Below, piece after piece: positions 56,753 through 56,985 of a stretch of 56,985 bases of DNA (position 1 is its first letter; every line of letters begins with the position of its first letter). This DNA is from Candidatus Buchananbacteria bacterium RIFCSPHIGHO2_02_FULL_39_17 (GTDB lineage Bacteria; Patescibacteriota; Patescibacteriia; Buchananbacterales; UBA6539). Location of the stretch: contig MHII01000006.1 in assembly GCA_001817425.1 (NCBI GenBank), forward strand, positions 1-56,985, written 5' to 3'. Both the position numbers and the translations under genes were made by a program. The notes beneath the pieces were generated by a model. The model was given only the letters and a program-made list of their open reading frames with translations, did not search any database and was not told where the DNA came from.

Positions 56753-56985
56753 AAATTTTAAGAATAATTATTTAATAATTCTCAAATAAAATGAATTACC
56801 CAACCGCAGCAGAGCTGCGGGGATATCAAATATTCTTAAAAATCATAAGTTGATTTTTCACCGGCCATAATTTTTTATTTAATTATTAAACTAAATTAAT
56901 TATAGCACAAAGTAAAAATTAGTGCTACTTTATGTATAAGTCCACCCAACTTTGCACTCTTGAGGCAAATTAAAGTTATTAGGTT

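Overview
Visibly AT-rich bacterial chromosome segment. Its gene content and repeat style look like a small-genome CPR/Patescibacteria-type organism (inference). The housekeeping backbone is gyrB, secE-nusG-rplK-(insert)-rplA, a dTMP-synthesis cluster (dCMP deaminase, dut, thyA, DHFR-like, tmk), gatB, miaA, thrS, dnaE, pheS/pheT, a UvrD-like helicase-nuclease, tatD, cvpA, metG, rsmI, glutaredoxin, DJ-1 and a type IV pilin.

Accessory content that stands out:
1. A diversity-generating retroelement at 8.5-11.2 kb. It has a TR/VR pair with adenine-biased mismatches, a frameshifted DGR-type RT and an Avd-like gene on the opposite strand.
2. An integrase-less array of small cassettes at 28.3-31.5 kb. 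The cassettes are separated by attC-like imperfect palindromes, and each cassette start is the reverse complement of its own 3' site. A hicAB pair follows the array.
3. Three miniature insertions (gyrB 3' end, rplK 3' end, gatB 5' end). Each carries a replacement copy of the gene terminus and leaves a synonymously diverged displaced copy next to a structured element.
4. A GC-richer island at 45.1-49.6 kb with a pyrE-like gene, pyrF and a fucose-isomerase-like gene, driven by two paralogous promoter-leader modules, plus an adjacent ORF-free transcript candidate.
5. Intergenic-type repeats inserted in frame in at least six housekeeping genes.

I recognised no rRNA, tRNA or CRISPR array by eye. 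All family assignments rest on motif recognition in the ORF translations; no searches were run.
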